Assembly (NCBI GenBank): GCA_043718025.1
Contig: JAYSWN010000091.1
Coordinates: 1,882-65,881 of the forward strand
Length of the DNA: 64,000 bases
Direction: 5' to 3'
Source of the DNA: Pseudomonadota bacterium
GTDB taxonomy: Bacteria; Bdellovibrionota; FAC87; UBA2466
The position numbers were made by a program, and so were the translations under genes. Of this stretch, positions 19,211 to 29,179 are shown one piece after another (position 1 is the first letter of the stretch; each line of letters begins with the position of its first letter). Under the pieces are notes generated by a model. It made no database searches. It saw nothing but the letters and a program-made list of their open reading frames with translations, and was not told the origin of the DNA.

Positions 19211-19498
19211 CTACCAGTAGCTGGTGGTGGCTTTGCAATCCCCGTGCACCTTGGCGAGGCAGCTGATGCGATCGGTGGCGGGGCGGTTTTCTTTTTTTAG
19301 CAGTTTAGCCTCTAAGTCAGTGCGCGCCGAAAGCGCCGCTTCGCCCTCGACCACGCGCATATTGCACTTGCCGCACGTAGCTTCGCCCCCGCAGGAAGAG
19401 GCAATCGGTAAAGCCGCTTGCAGCGCCGCTTCATAGAGCGACTTGCCCGCAGCCACCGTCACTGAAATATGACTTGGCACAAACGTAACGATTGGCAT
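19211..19498 (-). CDS. Plant-type [2Fe-2S] ferredoxin
   Basis: 'SSCGGEATCGKCNMRV...ISCLAKVHGDC' gives the Cys-x4-Cys-x2-Cys ... Cys pattern. Probable start 'MPIVTF'. Confidence 0.7.
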   Translation of the reverse strand: MPIVTFVPSHISVTVAAGKSLYEAALQAALPIASSCGGEATCGKCNMRVVEGEAALSARTDLEAKLLKKENRPATDRISCLAKVHGDCKATTSYW

Positions 19499-19572
19499 TC
19501 GCCGTTCCTTATTTTTCGCGTTACTATTTGCCATTAAATCGTCTTATTGACGCCAATTCAAGGAACACCCCA

Positions 19573-20598
19573 ATGATTGAAACCCCTATTGAACCCAATA
19601 GCCGAGAAGCGGAGACGCTGCTTGCGGAATCGCTGGTTTTAAAGCAGGCGCTTGAAGAGATGGGCCAAGTGGTGGTTGGCCAATCAGAAATGATGCGATC
19701 GCTGGTGATGGGAATTCTTACCGGCGGCCACGTGCTTCTCGAAGGCCTGCCCGGCCTAGCAAAAACTCTCGCGGTAAAAACCTTGGCGCAAGTCATCGAC
19801 GCCAAGTTTCAACGGGTGCAGTTTACGCCGGATCTCTTGCCCTCTGATTTGATTGGAACGGTAATTTACCGCGAGCAGACCGGAGAATTTCTGCCGAAGA
19901 AAGGGCCAATCTTTGCCAACATCGTTTTGGCCGACGAAATCAACCGCGCGCCCGCCAAAGTGCAAAGCGCGCTGCTCGAAGCCATGGCCGAAAAGCAAGT
20001 CACCATCGGCGAAACTACCTACCGTCTAGAAGAGCCCTTTTTGGTGCTGGCCACGATGAACCCGATCGAACAAGAAGGCACGTACACCTTGCCCGAAGCT
20101 CAGCTCGATCGTTTCATGTTCAAGCTACGCGTGCGCTACCCTACCCGCGACGAAGAGCGTTTGATTTTAAAGCGCATGACCCAATTCGAAGCGCCTTCGG
20201 CGAAAAAGGTGATCTCATCCGCAAAAATTTTGGAAATGCGGCACGAAGTGGCCAGGCTCTATCTCGACGAACGCATCGAAGAGTACATTTTGCGTTTGGT
20301 CCTCGCTACCCGCAAAGAGGTTGAAATGCCCGCGGGAGAAGCCAAGCCAGAAAAGCTTCGGGAGATTCGCGCGGCCATTGCCGTGGGCGCCAGCCCCCGC
20401 GCCAGCATCTTTTTGGCCAAGGCTTCAAGAGCCTTTGCGCTGCTCGAAGGGCGCACTTTTGTCACTCCCGATGACGTAAAGGGAGTGGCTTACGAGATTT
20501 TACGCCACCGCTTGATTCTTACGTTCGAAGCCGAGGCACGCAATCTTTCGACCGACGACGTAATCCACATGCTGCTCGATACGGTTACGGTACCTTAG
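19573..20598 (+). CDS. MoxR-family AAA+ ATPase
   Basis: Walker A 'LEGLPGLAKT', Walker B 'LADEINRA'. SD 'aaggaa' before ATG 19573. Confidence 0.85.
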   Translation: MIETPIEPNSREAETLLAESLVLKQALEEMGQVVVGQSEMMRSLVMGILTGGHVLLEGLPGLAKTLAVKTLAQVIDAKFQRVQFTPDLLPSDLIGTVIYREQTGEFLPKKGPIFANIVLADEINRAPAKVQSALLEAMAEKQVTIGETTYRLEEPFLVLATMNPIEQEGTYTLPEAQLDRFMFKLRVRYPTRDEERLILKRMTQFEAPSAKKVISSAKILEMRHEVARLYLDERIEEYILRLVLATRKEVEMPAGEAKPEKLREIRAAIAVGASPRASIFLAKASRAFALLEGRTFVTPDDVKGVAYEILRHRLILTFEAEARNLSTDDVIHMLLDTVTVP

Positions 20599-20616
20599 GC
20601 CCGAGAAAACCAAACC

Positions 20617-21510
20617 ATGGCACCGGCGTTACATTTTACCGAAGAGATTCTCAAAGCCGCCAATGAGCTTGAGATTCGCGCGCGTCGCAACGTAACCGCG
20701 TTATTGTCGGGAAACTACCGCAGTGCCTTTCGCGGCAGTGGCATGCAGTTCAAAGAATTTCGCCACTACGAACCGGGCGACGACATTCGCCACATGAGTT
20801 GGGCCGCCACCGCGCGCACCGGCAAAGCCACCCTTAAGGTGTACGAAGAAGAGCGCGAACTCGATGTGGTGATTGCCGTAGACGTCAGCGGCTCATCGCT
20901 GTTCGGCATGAGTAAAAAGAGCAAAATTCAAGTTTACGGTGAGCTACTGGCCTTGTTGGGGCTAGCCGCCATTCACTCGGGCGACAATCTCGGCGCTTTT
21001 TTCTTTTCGGATCAGCCACAAAAATTTTTGCCCCCCAGCCGCACCCGCCAAAGTTTGCTGGTGGCCTTGCGTGAGCTGCTGATGCAGCCCCTCGAAGGAC
21101 GAAAGAGCGACTTACGGGCGCCGCTGCGCTATCTCGACAAATTGCTTCCGCACCGCACTATTTTGATTCTGATTTCTGACTTTCTCTTTCCGGATTTCCA
21201 GAACGAGCTGTTGCGTTTGGCCAAACGGCACGAAGTGATTTTAGTGCACTGCTACGACGACGCTGAGCGGGGCCTAGGGCTAAAGGGTGTTTACGAAGTG
21301 GCTGACCCCGAAACCGGCGAGATTTACCTTCTCGACGGTAATTCACAAAAAATTAGGCATGATTTGGCCAAGTACCAAGTAGAACTTCGTACGAAATTAG
21401 AAACGATTTGTCAGAACACCCGAGCCGACTATCTTTCGCTTAGCCTGGAGGATGATTACGTTCGCCGTCTCATTCAATTTTTTAGAAGCCGTGGCCCCGC
21501 GCGTGTTTAA
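20617..21510 (+). CDS. DUF58 protein (MoxR-associated, vWA-like)
   Basis: Signature 'FRHYEPGDDIRHMSWAATAR' followed by 'VIAVDVSGS' (a MIDAS-like start). Confidence 0.8.
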   Translation: MAPALHFTEEILKAANELEIRARRNVTALLSGNYRSAFRGSGMQFKEFRHYEPGDDIRHMSWAATARTGKATLKVYEEERELDVVIAVDVSGSSLFGMSKKSKIQVYGELLALLGLAAIHSGDNLGAFFFSDQPQKFLPPSRTRQSLLVALRELLMQPLEGRKSDLRAPLRYLDKLLPHRTILILISDFLFPDFQNELLRLAKRHEVILVHCYDDAERGLGLKGVYEVADPETGEIYLLDGNSQKIRHDLAKYQVELRTKLETICQNTRADYLSLSLEDDYVRRLIQFFRSRGPARV

Positions 21511-22411
21511 ACCAGGCTACGCCTTATTCCTAGTCTTCTTCCTAACGCAAATCGCGTGGGGCGATGGACTCACATCTACCGTCACTAAAAGGGCGATTGA
21601 GTTGGGTGAACGCACTCACGTTGAATTTCATTTGCCCATTTCGGCTTTGGGTCTGGCCAAGTACGACGACGAGAGTGAGCTTCCGGTTTTAAACGACGAT
21701 CTGATTATGGATTCGAAGAACATTCTCGTGCTCGAGCGTGACTTCACTCGCGAGAAAGACACTTTGATTTGGCGCTTTGACATCACCTCGTACAAAAAAG
21801 GGAAGGCCATCGTACCGCCGGTAGAGATCCGCTTTGGCCCCCACACCTTTTCGTCGGAGGCCGTTCCCCTCGAAGTGGTCTCTACCCGCACCGTCGAAGA
21901 CAAAGCCCTACGCCCCGACTTTGGCGCCAGTTCCTATCCCGTTGATTGGGCGTTTTGGATCAAACTGAGCCTCTTTGCCATCCTCGCGGCCACCGTGGCG
22001 TACTACCTTAGAAAATATCCCGGTTGGCGTGGTTGGTTAGTTCGTCTTAAACAACGTGCCACCATGCCAAAAATTGTGGAAGAGGCCCCCGAAAGCTGGT
22101 TACGGCGTGAGTTAATGCGCTTAAAAAGCCGGCTCACGGAAACCGGAGAAGGCCGATTGCCCCTGGTTGACGATTTCACTCGAACTTTGCGTGGGTTTTT
22201 TAGACGGAAGACGGCAAAGCCCGCCGAAAGTTGGACGACGAGCGAGCTAAAAACCAAACTGCCGGTGGGCACCCTTCCGGCCGAAATCATTCCGCTGCTC
22301 TCACGCGCCGATAGTTGGAAATTTAGCGGCGCCAATTCCACCGATGGCAGCGACGCCAAAAACGACATTGTAAAGCCCGGCATCGAGACTTCAGAGAGGG
22401 CGCTATTGTGA
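21503..22411 (+). CDS. Hypothetical membrane protein of the Bat operon; start uncertain
   Basis: Hydrophobic N-terminus 'YALFLVFFLTQIAWG'. A GTG at 21503 overlaps the DUF58 stop. An ATG at 21452 would overlap it by 58 nt. Confidence 0.45.
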   Translation: MFKPGYALFLVFFLTQIAWGDGLTSTVTKRAIELGERTHVEFHLPISALGLAKYDDESELPVLNDDLIMDSKNILVLERDFTREKDTLIWRFDITSYKKGKAIVPPVEIRFGPHTFSSEAVPLEVVSTRTVEDKALRPDFGASSYPVDWAFWIKLSLFAILAATVAYYLRKYPGWRGWLVRLKQRATMPKIVEEAPESWLRRELMRLKSRLTETGEGRLPLVDDFTRTLRGFFRRKTAKPAESWTTSELKTKLPVGTLPAEIIPLLSRADSWKFSGANSTDGSDAKNDIVKPGIETSERALL

Positions 22412-23445
22412 GCCATTTAATCGGCAGTTTAGCGCAACCTAGTTGGCTCTACTTTTTGTTGGTGCCCTTGGCGGCCATCCTTGCCGTGCTGTTCTGGCCG
22501 CGAAAGCGCTCAGCCCAGCGACGCTTGAGGCTCGGCGGCTACGGCGAGATTTTGCGTAAACAGATTGCCCGCACCCGCTGGCAGCACCGTATTTTGTTTG
22601 GCTTGTTCTGTCTCTCGATTCTTTTAATCGGCATTGCCGCGGCTCGCCCCCTTAATATTCGCTCGTGGGCAAAACGGTATTCTGAAGGCATCGATATTTT
22701 GATTTGCCTCGACCTTTCCGAGAGCATGGAGGCCACCGACTTGGTGCCCACTCGCCTTATCGCCGCCAAAAGTGTGATTCGCGAGTTCATTGAAAAGCGA
22801 AAAGAAGATCGAATCGGCATTGTCACCTTCGGCGGCGAAGCGGTGACTCGAGCCCCCCTCACCCGCGACCACGATTTTTTACTCAACCAGGTCGAAAATC
22901 TACAACTGCGTGAGCTGAAACAGGGCACCGCAATTGGCAATGGTTTGGCTAACTCGATTGGGCGGCTACGCCATTCGGAATCAAAATCAAAAGTGATCGT
23001 GCTACTTACCGACGGCGACAACAACGTGGGCGCCGTAAACCCCATCACCGCCGCCAATCTGGCCAAGCAAGAGGGCATCAAAATTTACGCCATCGGCATG
23101 GGCAAAGAAGATCGCGTGGTCGTGCCCATTTATTCTTACGACATTTATGGCAAAAAGACCCAGCTCGTGGCCCAAGTGCCTTCGTACATCAACCCCGAGC
23201 TTTTGCGCCGTATCGCCGAACTCACCGGCGGGCTGGCCTACATGGCGCGTGACACCATGGCGCTATCGCAAATTTTGACCGCGATCGACCGCTTTGAGCG
23301 CACCAAAGTGCGCTTAAGGCCGATGCAAAAAAAGGAAGAGCTGTTTGTTTATCCGACGGCCGCCGCCCTTTTGCTTTTGGTGCTGGTGTACCTACTTTTG
23401 GAAACCAGATTTAGAAGGGTGAGAATGCGTGCAGCTGCAGTTTGA
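22408..23445 (+). CDS. batA: BatA-like vWA-domain membrane protein
   Basis: Two N-terminal TM segments, then the vWA MIDAS 'ICLDLSESM...TAIGNGL...LLTDGDNN'. GTG start overlapping the upstream stop. Confidence 0.75.
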   Translation: MSHLIGSLAQPSWLYFLLVPLAAILAVLFWPRKRSAQRRLRLGGYGEILRKQIARTRWQHRILFGLFCLSILLIGIAAARPLNIRSWAKRYSEGIDILICLDLSESMEATDLVPTRLIAAKSVIREFIEKRKEDRIGIVTFGGEAVTRAPLTRDHDFLLNQVENLQLRELKQGTAIGNGLANSIGRLRHSESKSKVIVLLTDGDNNVGAVNPITAANLAKQEGIKIYAIGMGKEDRVVVPIYSYDIYGKKTQLVAQVPSYINPELLRRIAELTGGLAYMARDTMALSQILTAIDRFERTKVRLRPMQKKEELFVYPTAAALLLLVLVYLLLETRFRRVRMRAAAV

Positions 23446-25003
23446 AAATGTTGCGGTGCTGTGGGGGCTAATCGGTTTAGCCGCCTGGATTGGCTTTCAT
23501 GCGTTCACTCGCCTCTACCGGCCTGAATCGGCTTCGTGGCGCCGGGCAATCTTAAGTTCATTCGCGTTTCTTTTCTTATTGCTGGCCTTGGCGCGGCCGC
23601 AGCTGGGCCGCCAGGTGATGCAGAAGCGATCGCTCAAGGGAAATTTGTTTATCGCCATCGACGTTTCAAAGAGCATGTCGGCCGAAGATGTTTTACCGAG
23701 CCGCATTGGCTTTGCGGTGGCCTTTTCGCAAAAGCTGGTAAAAAAACTGACCGGCACTAGGTTCGCGTTATTTCCCTTTGCCGAAACCGGCTACGTGATG
23801 ATGCCGCTCACCAGTGACACCAACGTGGCCGATGAAATGCTGGCGGTGCTTGGGCCCGGCATCACCACGAGCCAAAGCACGAACCTGTCGGCCGCTCTGG
23901 AAGCACTCTTTACATCGATAAAAAAGATGGAGGCGTTCGCCATTGAGCACGGGGAAGACTGGGCGCCGACCCAGGTGATTGTGTTGAGTGATGGAGAAAG
24001 TCACACCTCACTCTCATCGTCGCTACTAAATTATTACCGCAGCGAACGTATTCCCATTTTTACCGTGGTCACCGGTACCAAAGGCGGGGGGCAAATTTCT
24101 GTAGATAATGAATCTTCGCAACCCTTTCGCACGCCCTCGGGCCAACGGGTGACGACTAAAGCCAATCCTGAAGCGCTCGATGAGATTAGCCGCGCCACGG
24201 GCGGCGAACTTTTTCCCGCCGAGTTGGCCACCGCCGATCGGGCCGCCCAAAAAATTGGTCAAGCCATGGCCATGGGTCGCCTTACCGCCACGTTTAAAGT
24301 AGAGCGTGAATTTTACCCGGTACTCTTATTGCTGGCGTTGGCCTTTCTTACTCTTGATTTATTACTGGGACGATGGAGTTTAGCCTTGAGAAAAACCTCG
24401 CTCACCGCGTTGACGCTGTTTTTTAGTCTGGCCACCGTGGCGCACGCCGAGTCTCGTCAACCGAATGAAAACCCCGAACGTCGGGCGGTTGAAGCCTACA
24501 ACGAAGCGCTTAAGCTCATGGAAGGCAAAGACACCAAAAAAGCATTAGAGCTATTTCAAGAAAGCGCCACCATCACCAAAGACAAAACGCTTAAGAAAAA
24601 AGGGCTACTCGCCCTCGGAAATTCTTACCTCAAAATGATGGAGCCTCAACAAGCCGTACAGAATTACCAAATGGCCCACGACATCAACACCGGCAATAAA
24701 AAATTTGAAACCGACGCCAACCGCCGAATCTCAGAAAACATTGCCCTCGCCGTAGACATGCAAGCGGCGATGATGCAGGCGGCAAAAGACGAGCAAGATA
24801 AGCAGCAAGAGGGTGAAGGCAAAGGTAAAGACAAACAGGACCCAAAAGGGCCACAACGCGACTACGATAACCAGCCCTTTTCCGAAGGCGAAAAAGACAA
24901 AATGTATGACCTCATGGGCACCGAAGATCAGGGGATTCAAGCCCGTTTAATGCAAGAAAAGGCCAAAAAAGAGGGCAAAAACAGCTCGGGGAAGCCATGG
25001 TAA
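23429..25003 (+). CDS. batB: BatB-like vWA protein fused to a TPR (BatC-like) region and an acidic/Lys-rich tail
   Basis: 'FIAIDVSKSM' MIDAS. Downstream TM. TPR-like 'AVEAYNEALKLMEGKDTKKALELFQESA...LGNSYLKMMEPQQAVQNY'. Confidence 0.7.
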   Translation: MQLQFENVAVLWGLIGLAAWIGFHAFTRLYRPESASWRRAILSSFAFLFLLLALARPQLGRQVMQKRSLKGNLFIAIDVSKSMSAEDVLPSRIGFAVAFSQKLVKKLTGTRFALFPFAETGYVMMPLTSDTNVADEMLAVLGPGITTSQSTNLSAALEALFTSIKKMEAFAIEHGEDWAPTQVIVLSDGESHTSLSSSLLNYYRSERIPIFTVVTGTKGGGQISVDNESSQPFRTPSGQRVTTKANPEALDEISRATGGELFPAELATADRAAQKIGQAMAMGRLTATFKVEREFYPVLLLLALAFLTLDLLLGRWSLALRKTSLTALTLFFSLATVAHAESRQPNENPERRAVEAYNEALKLMEGKDTKKALELFQESATITKDKTLKKKGLLALGNSYLKMMEPQQAVQNYQMAHDINTGNKKFETDANRRISENIALAVDMQAAMMQAAKDEQDKQQEGEGKGKDKQDPKGPQRDYDNQPFSEGEKDKMYDLMGTEDQGIQARLMQEKAKKEGKNSSGKPW

Positions 25004-26322
25004 AGCGCTTTCCACTTACGATCGCGGCGGCGGTGTTTTGCACCACCTTGTCTCCGGCGTGGGCCGGCCGATTTCAGTTTAAGCTCGAGTACTCTAAGCC
25101 CGAAATTTTTCAGGGAGAATCAGTAAACGCCAATTTTATTTTAACCGGCGACGAAGACGCCGTTGAAGTCGAGGTGGCGCGCTTTCCCGAATTTCGCGGT
25201 TTTTGGTCCGAGAACATTGCCCTGCGCCAAGGGCCAATTCCGATGATTCCCGATTTTCCGGCCCGCCTGTTTAAGACGGCGCTGATTGGGGCTTACCGCA
25301 TCACGCCGATGGCCACGCGCAATCAGGTGGCGGTCAATCCCATGAAGATAGTGATTAAGAGCTTTATGGACCCGATCGAAAGCCGCGAACCCGAATACCT
25401 AGAAAGCGTGGTGGGCTCGCTGCGCATTCTTCCTCTACCGCCGCTGCCGCCAGAAATTCCCACCGCTAAATTTAGAGGCGCCGTGGGCACCTTGGCCTTC
25501 CGCGCCGAGAGTTCCCAGGTTTTTTTTCAAAAAGATGAACCGACTCAGCTGCGGCTCATGGTGCAGGGCGATGCCAATTTTCAGGAGATGAACGAGATAC
25601 CGGTTACGTTCCCGCCTGACGTCGAGGTGCTATCGAAGCGCAGCTACGTTTCTGGTGGAGCTCAAATGACCACCAAGATTTTTGACATCACCCTGGTGCC
25701 TCACTTGGCCAAAGACTTTGAGGTGAGCGACGTCGCCTTGGTCTGGTTTGATCCGGTGCTTCGCGGCTACCAACTGCGATCTCTGGAACCAATCCGTTTT
25801 ACTCACGAAGCCAAACCAGCGCCCGATCTCATGTTTGACCGCAACATGATTCAATGGGACCCAGTGGCGAAAAGCTGGACGAACTACGTCCCCATTTCCC
25901 GACGCCCCTGGCTCTGGCTGTTGCAGGCTCTGCTCGCCGTGGGGCTACTCTTGGCCACGCTACGCGAAATCCACCGGCGTAAGGTGTGGGCCGCTAACCA
26001 GACGCCTCGGGTTCGCTGGCGAAAACACCTTGAAGAGGTGCGTGGACTGTTCACCGCCCAGTCGTGGGATGCGATGCTCGGCCAGGCCGATGAACTGGCT
26101 TTCTCTTGGTTGAAAGAGTTAGGAAGCCTTCCCTCCGCAGTGGTTCGACGGCGCGAAGCTTTGGCGCTCGCGCGTGGAAAAGTTTCGGCGCAAACTCTAC
26201 AATCGTGCGAAAAAATATTTGAGGCGCGCGAAAAATTTGCCTACCGGGGAATTCGGCCGCCGCCGGCTCCCACCCAAGAAGTGATGCAGTCGTTGGAAGC
26301 GCTCTACTCCGAAGTGTCGTAA
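24997..26322 (+). CDS. batD: BatD-like protein
   Basis: Signal peptide. Position after BatA/BatB. Late TM 'WLWLLQALLAVGLLLATL' followed by a cytoplasmic tail, as in BatD. Confidence 0.65.
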   Translation: MVKRFPLTIAAAVFCTTLSPAWAGRFQFKLEYSKPEIFQGESVNANFILTGDEDAVEVEVARFPEFRGFWSENIALRQGPIPMIPDFPARLFKTALIGAYRITPMATRNQVAVNPMKIVIKSFMDPIESREPEYLESVVGSLRILPLPPLPPEIPTAKFRGAVGTLAFRAESSQVFFQKDEPTQLRLMVQGDANFQEMNEIPVTFPPDVEVLSKRSYVSGGAQMTTKIFDITLVPHLAKDFEVSDVALVWFDPVLRGYQLRSLEPIRFTHEAKPAPDLMFDRNMIQWDPVAKSWTNYVPISRRPWLWLLQALLAVGLLLATLREIHRRKVWAANQTPRVRWRKHLEEVRGLFTAQSWDAMLGQADELAFSWLKELGSLPSAVVRRREALALARGKVSAQTLQSCEKIFEAREKFAYRGIRPPPAPTQEVMQSLEALYSEVS

Positions 26323-26447
26323 GGACAACGCCCTGCGTTGCTCCGCAATTTACCGAACCATCATCTGGCATTCAGAAAAGTTGACTTTATTAATCAATTC
26401 CATAAGATAGGGCTCATTTTCCCAACGTTCGCACAAGGAGTAATTAA

Positions 26448-26657
26448 GTGGCTCGTATAACTGTTGAAGATTGCTTAGAAAAAGTACCTAACCGTTTTGA
26501 GCTGATTCATGTCGCGGCCAAGCGCGTGAAGCAGATGGCGAAAGGGAGCAAGTCGCTTATCACCGGAACGCACAATAAACCGGCAGTTCTGGCCCTACGT
26601 GAAGTGGCGGCCGGCTACGTGCAAAAGAGCGCCGAACTAGAACCACCGTTTGAGTGA
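26448..26657 (+). CDS. rpoZ: DNA-directed RNA polymerase subunit omega
   Basis: 'ARITVEDCLEKVPNRFELIHVAAKRVKQM' is the canonical RpoZ N-terminus. GTG start with AAGGAG SD. Confidence 0.85.
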   Translation: MARITVEDCLEKVPNRFELIHVAAKRVKQMAKGSKSLITGTHNKPAVLALREVAAGYVQKSAELEPPFE

Positions 26658-26704
26658 GCCTTCGCCCCAATTTCAAGTAAACTTTCCACCTTAGGGAGAA
26701 CATC

Positions 26705-28219
26705 ATGCGCAAAAGCCTGCACACGACGCTCGGACTGCTGGGAGTCTGCTTCGCACTTCTGATCTGGTACTTCGGATACGAACGTACCTACCGCGTTAAA
26801 CAAGAGACGGCAGACGATAAAGCCAAGTTGATCGTTGCGCTTGAAAAAGAGCAGATTCAGGAACTTGAAATCGACAGACTTTCGAACGTTCTACCGGAAG
26901 GCACGGCGTACCCGGCCGATTTTAAACCGGTCTACGAAACCGTTAAGTTGCGCAAATCCGGCACCGATTGGAATCTGTACCACCCTCTACAAGATGCAGC
27001 CGATAGCTCCACCGTTGGTTCGATGGTGGGAACTCTCACTTCGACCAAACAAGATCGCGTAGTGGACGATAACCCAAAAGACCTTAATCAGTTTGGTCTG
27101 GCCTATCCCGTCATTAAGATTCGCATTCGCAAAGACGCGGCGGCCCCCGTGGAAGAGGTGATGATCGGCGCCAATACTCCCGTAGGCTTCAACGCCTACG
27201 CCAAAAATAGTGGCTCGCCTTCGGTTTACCGAGTGGGGCGAGGCCTACGCACCTCGTTTGAAAAGACCCTGAAAGACATGCGCAACAAATCAATACTCAA
27301 CATCCCGCGACTAGATGTTGCCGAAGTAGAGATCAGCGCGGCCCCGGGCCGCCAAAGTACGGTGTTAAAAAAAGATCCTAAGAAAGATGAGTGGACTCTC
27401 GCTCGCGATAACATGCCGGCGGAGACCAGTGAGTGGAACAAAACCCTTAACGCCGTCTTAGACGCCAAGGCGGTTAACTTTGCGGATAACTCCGCGGCAA
27501 ACTTGGCGACTTTTGGTTTAGCCAAACCTATTCGCATTTTCACCATCGTTAAGAACGATAAAACCAAGCTCTCAGTTTCGTTTGGTCGCGCTAAAGTGGC
27601 GCAGGTAAAGGAAGCCGGCAAGGACCTCGAAAAGGTCTACATGAAGCGAGACGATAAAGAGACCATCTACGAAGTGGAAAAAGATCTGCTTACTAAAGTA
27701 GAACGGCCGGCCGATGCCTACCGCAGCCTCTTAATCGTAAAATTTAATCGCTACGATACCAACCGTATGAAACTGGATCAGGCGACCGATAGCATCGATC
27801 TTAAAAAAGAAAACGGAAAGTGGCAGTTCAGCTCTGACGATAAAACGATTGTCGATGCCACCAAGGTCGACGGCCTACTCACCCGGCTGCAAGACATTAA
27901 GCTCGAAAAGTTTATGACCGAGCACACGGCGAAACTTACCGATGCCGCAACCGCCCTCACCATTCGCATTTTTGAGAAGAAGCCCGACGAAAAGCCGGCA
28001 GACCCCAAAGCGCCTGCGGCACCAAGTGCGGAAACCGAAGTGGCGGTGCTTAAGTTTGGTAAAGCCAAGAACAAGTTGGTAACCGTCGAACGTAGCGACC
28101 TGGCGATTCCGTTTTTGATCAAAGAGAGCGACTTTCAAAGTTTAAATCTAAAAAAGGCCGACCTGATTCAGACTGAAAAAAAGGAAGAGCCAAAAAAGGA
28201 GCCGGTTAAAAAATCTTAA
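26705..28219 (+). CDS. Membrane-anchored periplasmic protein of unknown function (possibly DUF4340-like)
   Basis: N-terminal TM 'LGLLGVCFALLIWYF'. Long soluble region with repeated ~120-aa modules. Lys-rich tail. Confidence 0.5.
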   Translation: MRKSLHTTLGLLGVCFALLIWYFGYERTYRVKQETADDKAKLIVALEKEQIQELEIDRLSNVLPEGTAYPADFKPVYETVKLRKSGTDWNLYHPLQDAADSSTVGSMVGTLTSTKQDRVVDDNPKDLNQFGLAYPVIKIRIRKDAAAPVEEVMIGANTPVGFNAYAKNSGSPSVYRVGRGLRTSFEKTLKDMRNKSILNIPRLDVAEVEISAAPGRQSTVLKKDPKKDEWTLARDNMPAETSEWNKTLNAVLDAKAVNFADNSAANLATFGLAKPIRIFTIVKNDKTKLSVSFGRAKVAQVKEAGKDLEKVYMKRDDKETIYEVEKDLLTKVERPADAYRSLLIVKFNRYDTNRMKLDQATDSIDLKKENGKWQFSSDDKTIVDATKVDGLLTRLQDIKLEKFMTEHTAKLTDAATALTIRIFEKKPDEKPADPKAPAAPSAETEVAVLKFGKAKNKLVTVERSDLAIPFLIKESDFQSLNLKKADLIQTEKKEEPKKEPVKKS

Positions 28220-28252
28220 CCGCACAATTGGTAAAGCGAAGGGAGTTAGCGG

Positions 28253-29044
28253 ATGCAATCGAACGTAAAAGGTAAATGGGCACTGGTACTCGGGGCCTCG
28301 AGCGGATTTGGCGAAGCCATCTCGCTAGGCCTTTCAAAAATTGGCATGAACATCGCCGGAGTGCACCTAGACCGTAAGGGCACCATGCCCCACGTCGAAG
28401 AGGTACAAGCAAAAATTCGCGGCCAAGGCACCAAAGCCATGTTTTTCAATGTCAATGCCGCCGACACCGGCAAGCGTGGCGAGGTGATTGCCGAGCTCTT
28501 GAAACAGACCGAAGGTGGAATTCATTGCTTGGTCCACTCTCTGGCGTTCGGAACACTAAAACCCTTTACCGCCGCGGAAACCAAAGATCGCCTTTCTAAA
28601 GAGCAGATGGAGATGACTCTCGACGTGATGGCCAACAGCTTGGTCTATTGGACGCAAGATCTGTTTGAACAAAAGCTTTTGAAAAAGGGCTCGCGCATTT
28701 TTGCCATGACCTCATCGGGTGCCACTCGCGTGTGGCCATCTTACGGAGCGGTTTCGGCGGCAAAAGCCGCTTTAGAGTCGCATTGCCGGCAATTGGCACT
28801 TGAGCTCGGAAAACACGAAATTGCCGTTAACGCTATTCGCGCCGGCGTGACCGACACCCCGGCTCTACGTAAAATTCCGGGCAACGAGCAGATGATTGAA
28901 ATCGCAACGGCCCGAAACCCGGGTGGCCGGTTGACCACGCCGCATGACATCGCGCGCATGCTGCAGCTCTTGGTCCAGGATGAGTCGTCCTGGTTGACGG
29001 GAAATACGCTGGGAGTCGATGGCGGCGAAGACATAGTTGGATAG
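28253..29044 (+). CDS. Short-chain dehydrogenase/reductase, enoyl-ACP-reductase-like (Y-x6-K)
   Basis: 'WALVLGASSGFGEAI' dinucleotide fold. 'SYGAVSAAKAALES' has the Tyr-x6-Lys spacing of FabI/FabL-type enoyl reductases. Confidence 0.65.
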   Translation: MQSNVKGKWALVLGASSGFGEAISLGLSKIGMNIAGVHLDRKGTMPHVEEVQAKIRGQGTKAMFFNVNAADTGKRGEVIAELLKQTEGGIHCLVHSLAFGTLKPFTAAETKDRLSKEQMEMTLDVMANSLVYWTQDLFEQKLLKKGSRIFAMTSSGATRVWPSYGAVSAAKAALESHCRQLALELGKHEIAVNAIRAGVTDTPALRKIPGNEQMIEIATARNPGGRLTTPHDIARMLQLLVQDESSWLTGNTLGVDGGEDIVG

Positions 29045-29179
29045 GTTCTCAGCCCCCTGTGGTAGCGGAAGACCGCTATCAAAAGAGTTCACTCGTCGCA
29101 GTGGCCGGATCAATTGCTAATGCAATTATTTTGTCCTTAGGTTAACTCGGTATGGGTAAGGCCTAGGAGAACATACGCA

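Noticed and set aside
18864-19266. 87-aa and 114-aa ORFs in the large intergenic region
   Set aside because: Overlapping, low-complexity translations, no RBS, and no resemblance to any family.
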